This document shows positions 62,388-64,000 of a stretch of 64,000 nucleotides of DNA, one piece after another. The stretch is taken from the NCBI RefSeq assembly GCF_003918875.1, contig NW_025767189.1, positions 62,001 to 126,000 on the forward strand, in the 5' to 3' direction. The stretch comes from Haliotis rubra. Taxonomy: Eukaryota. The position numbers were made by a program, and so were the translations under genes. The notes beneath the pieces are model-generated. The model ran no database searches. It was not told the origin of the DNA and was given only the letters and a program-made list of their open reading frames with translations. Within the stretch, counting starts at the first letter, position 1; every line of letters starts with the position of its first letter.

Positions 62388-62893
62388 AGGAATGACAAGT
62401 AAATGGATGATCAACTTCTTTATTGTATAATAGCGACGTTTCGGTATATAGAGAATCTCACCCATGTGTCTTCTGATATCAATTATATCAACTCGAGTTG
62501 ATAAAGTAACAAATATTTTTACTTTTATCAACGAGTGTTGATATATTTGCTATCAGAAGACACGAGGGTGAGATTCTATTTATCATCCAAAATCACTCTT
62601 CATTAATTTTCAATGAAAAATGTACATCTCTGAACATGCCATTAGACTTGCAGTGCAGCGATGTCATAGCATTGTGACGTCATCAAGTACATGACGTCAT
62701 AGCATTGTCAGGGCATTGTACAAAATCTACTGTCAAAACGATATCTCCTGTGGAACACAGTTTTGGATGATAAAGATACTTATACCGTTTTCAAGCATTC
62801 AAGTTCATGCTTGAAAATGGTGTAAGCATCTGTACCGAAACGTCGCTATCATACAATATATAAGTTGATCATCCATAAAGACTTGTCATTCCT
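62388..62893. mobile_element. Penelope-like terminal palindrome with inverted minimal hammerhead-like motifs, interrupted by a hairpin/TIR DNA element (62449-62774); related remnant at ~45085-45235
   Basis: Outer arms aggaatgacaagt...gcgacgtttcggta / taccgaaacgtcgc...acttgtcattcct. Core TTGAAAA-t-ggtgta/tgtacc-GAAA-CGTC at 62811-62844. The insert has a ~135-bp hairpin plus a tttatcatccaaaa / ttttggatgataaa inverted pair. Confidence 0.6.
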
Positions 62894-64000
62894 ATTACTT
62901 ACAACTTCTAGACTGCCTCTCTAACAGTAGACGTGAGATGGTGAGGTTTACCGCCGTATTTAGTGACATCCCAGCAACGTCACTGCGACACAAGACTACG
63001 GCCCGAGACTACGCCACAAGTGACTGTTGTTTTCCGCCGCAACAAGCAATCACTCACATCTCAGCGTTATCACGACTGGAACACGAAAGTGAGTGAGTGT
63101 GTTTAGTTTTACGCCGCATTTAGCAATATTCCAGCAATATCAAGCGGTGGATACCAGAAATAGCTCATAGCACTCATGTAGGGAATCGAACCCGGGTTTT
63201 CGGCGTGACGAGCGAACGCTTTAACCACTAGGCTGTCCCACCGCCCCTTACACACAAGACGTTTTTCATAGAACATTGGGCTAGGAGTGTAGTTGAGTCG
63301 AATGTATGGGTGAATTTATCAAAGTCAGTCCAATTTACTGAGAATCGAAATATACATGGTTGTGTAATTACATTTATCTATGGCGCTGTTTGTTTTGTTT
63401 ATTACGCTCACGGGACGCCAGTATTGTGTCAGAAAACACTATAAATCTCGTAGTCAAATCATCTTGTTTAGGACAAGGGATACAGGTGTTAATTTTTCAA
63501 CATAATGCACTTTTGTAATGGTCACTTCGACTGATATAATGTAACAATCCAGGCCTTAAGATATATACCCCTAGGCCATGCATTGCTATGAGGGTGTGGG
63601 ACTAGCGTAAGACGTAAATGAAGTCAGTATCACCTGGGATAGGCGTTGGTATGTGTAAATTATCTAAGGAAAAGCCAATTGGTTACTCATGACTGACTGA
63701 CTGACTGAGTTTGTTTTTACGCCGCTTTTAGCAATATTCCAGCAACATCACGCCGGGGGACACCAGAAATGGGCTTCACACATTGTACCCATGTGGGGAT
63801 TCGAACCCGGGTCTTCGGCGTAACGAGCCAACGCTTTAACCACTAGGCTACCCCACCGCCCCTGGTTACTCATGAGCTTTAACTGAAAGCATTTACATTG
63901 GCGAAATGGCCAGCTTGTACACCCGTGATATAAACCCTGCCGGATGTGTAAATATATCCCTGGCTGTTGTAATTGTTTCTGTGAAGAGCTAAAGTGATTT

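Overview
Repeat-rich animal genomic DNA with spliceosomal introns; the SINE content and gene families suggest a mollusc, possibly a gastropod such as abalone (inference). Five protein-coding loci could be reconstructed by hand. (1) The 3' end of a CUB-domain single-pass membrane protein (+), followed by a ~4 kb 33-bp minisatellite that resembles its own cytoplasmic-tail sequence. (2) A secreted bacterial-type M4 (thermolysin/LasB/vibriolysin-like) zinc metalloprotease (+) with a spliceosomal intron in its signal peptide and two +1 G homopolymer frameshifts. (3) A secreted PAN/apple-EGF-fibrinogen (FReD) protein (-). (4, 5) Two tandem Reeler-DOMON-cytochrome b561 (FRRS1/SDR2-like ferric-chelate reductase) paralogs (-) with matching intron phases. 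Intergenic and intronic DNA holds at least five SINE-like families (three tRNA-headed, one 5S-headed, one with a non-tRNA pseudoknotted head), a non-autonomous hAT element with an 8-bp TSD, several MITEs, Penelope-type hammerhead-like palindromes, minisatellites and one N gap. The strongest novelty candidates are the apparently horizontally acquired, intron-bearing M4 protease, the structured-RNA-headed retroposon, and the tyrosine-motif minisatellite. All calls come from reading the sequence; no database searches were run.
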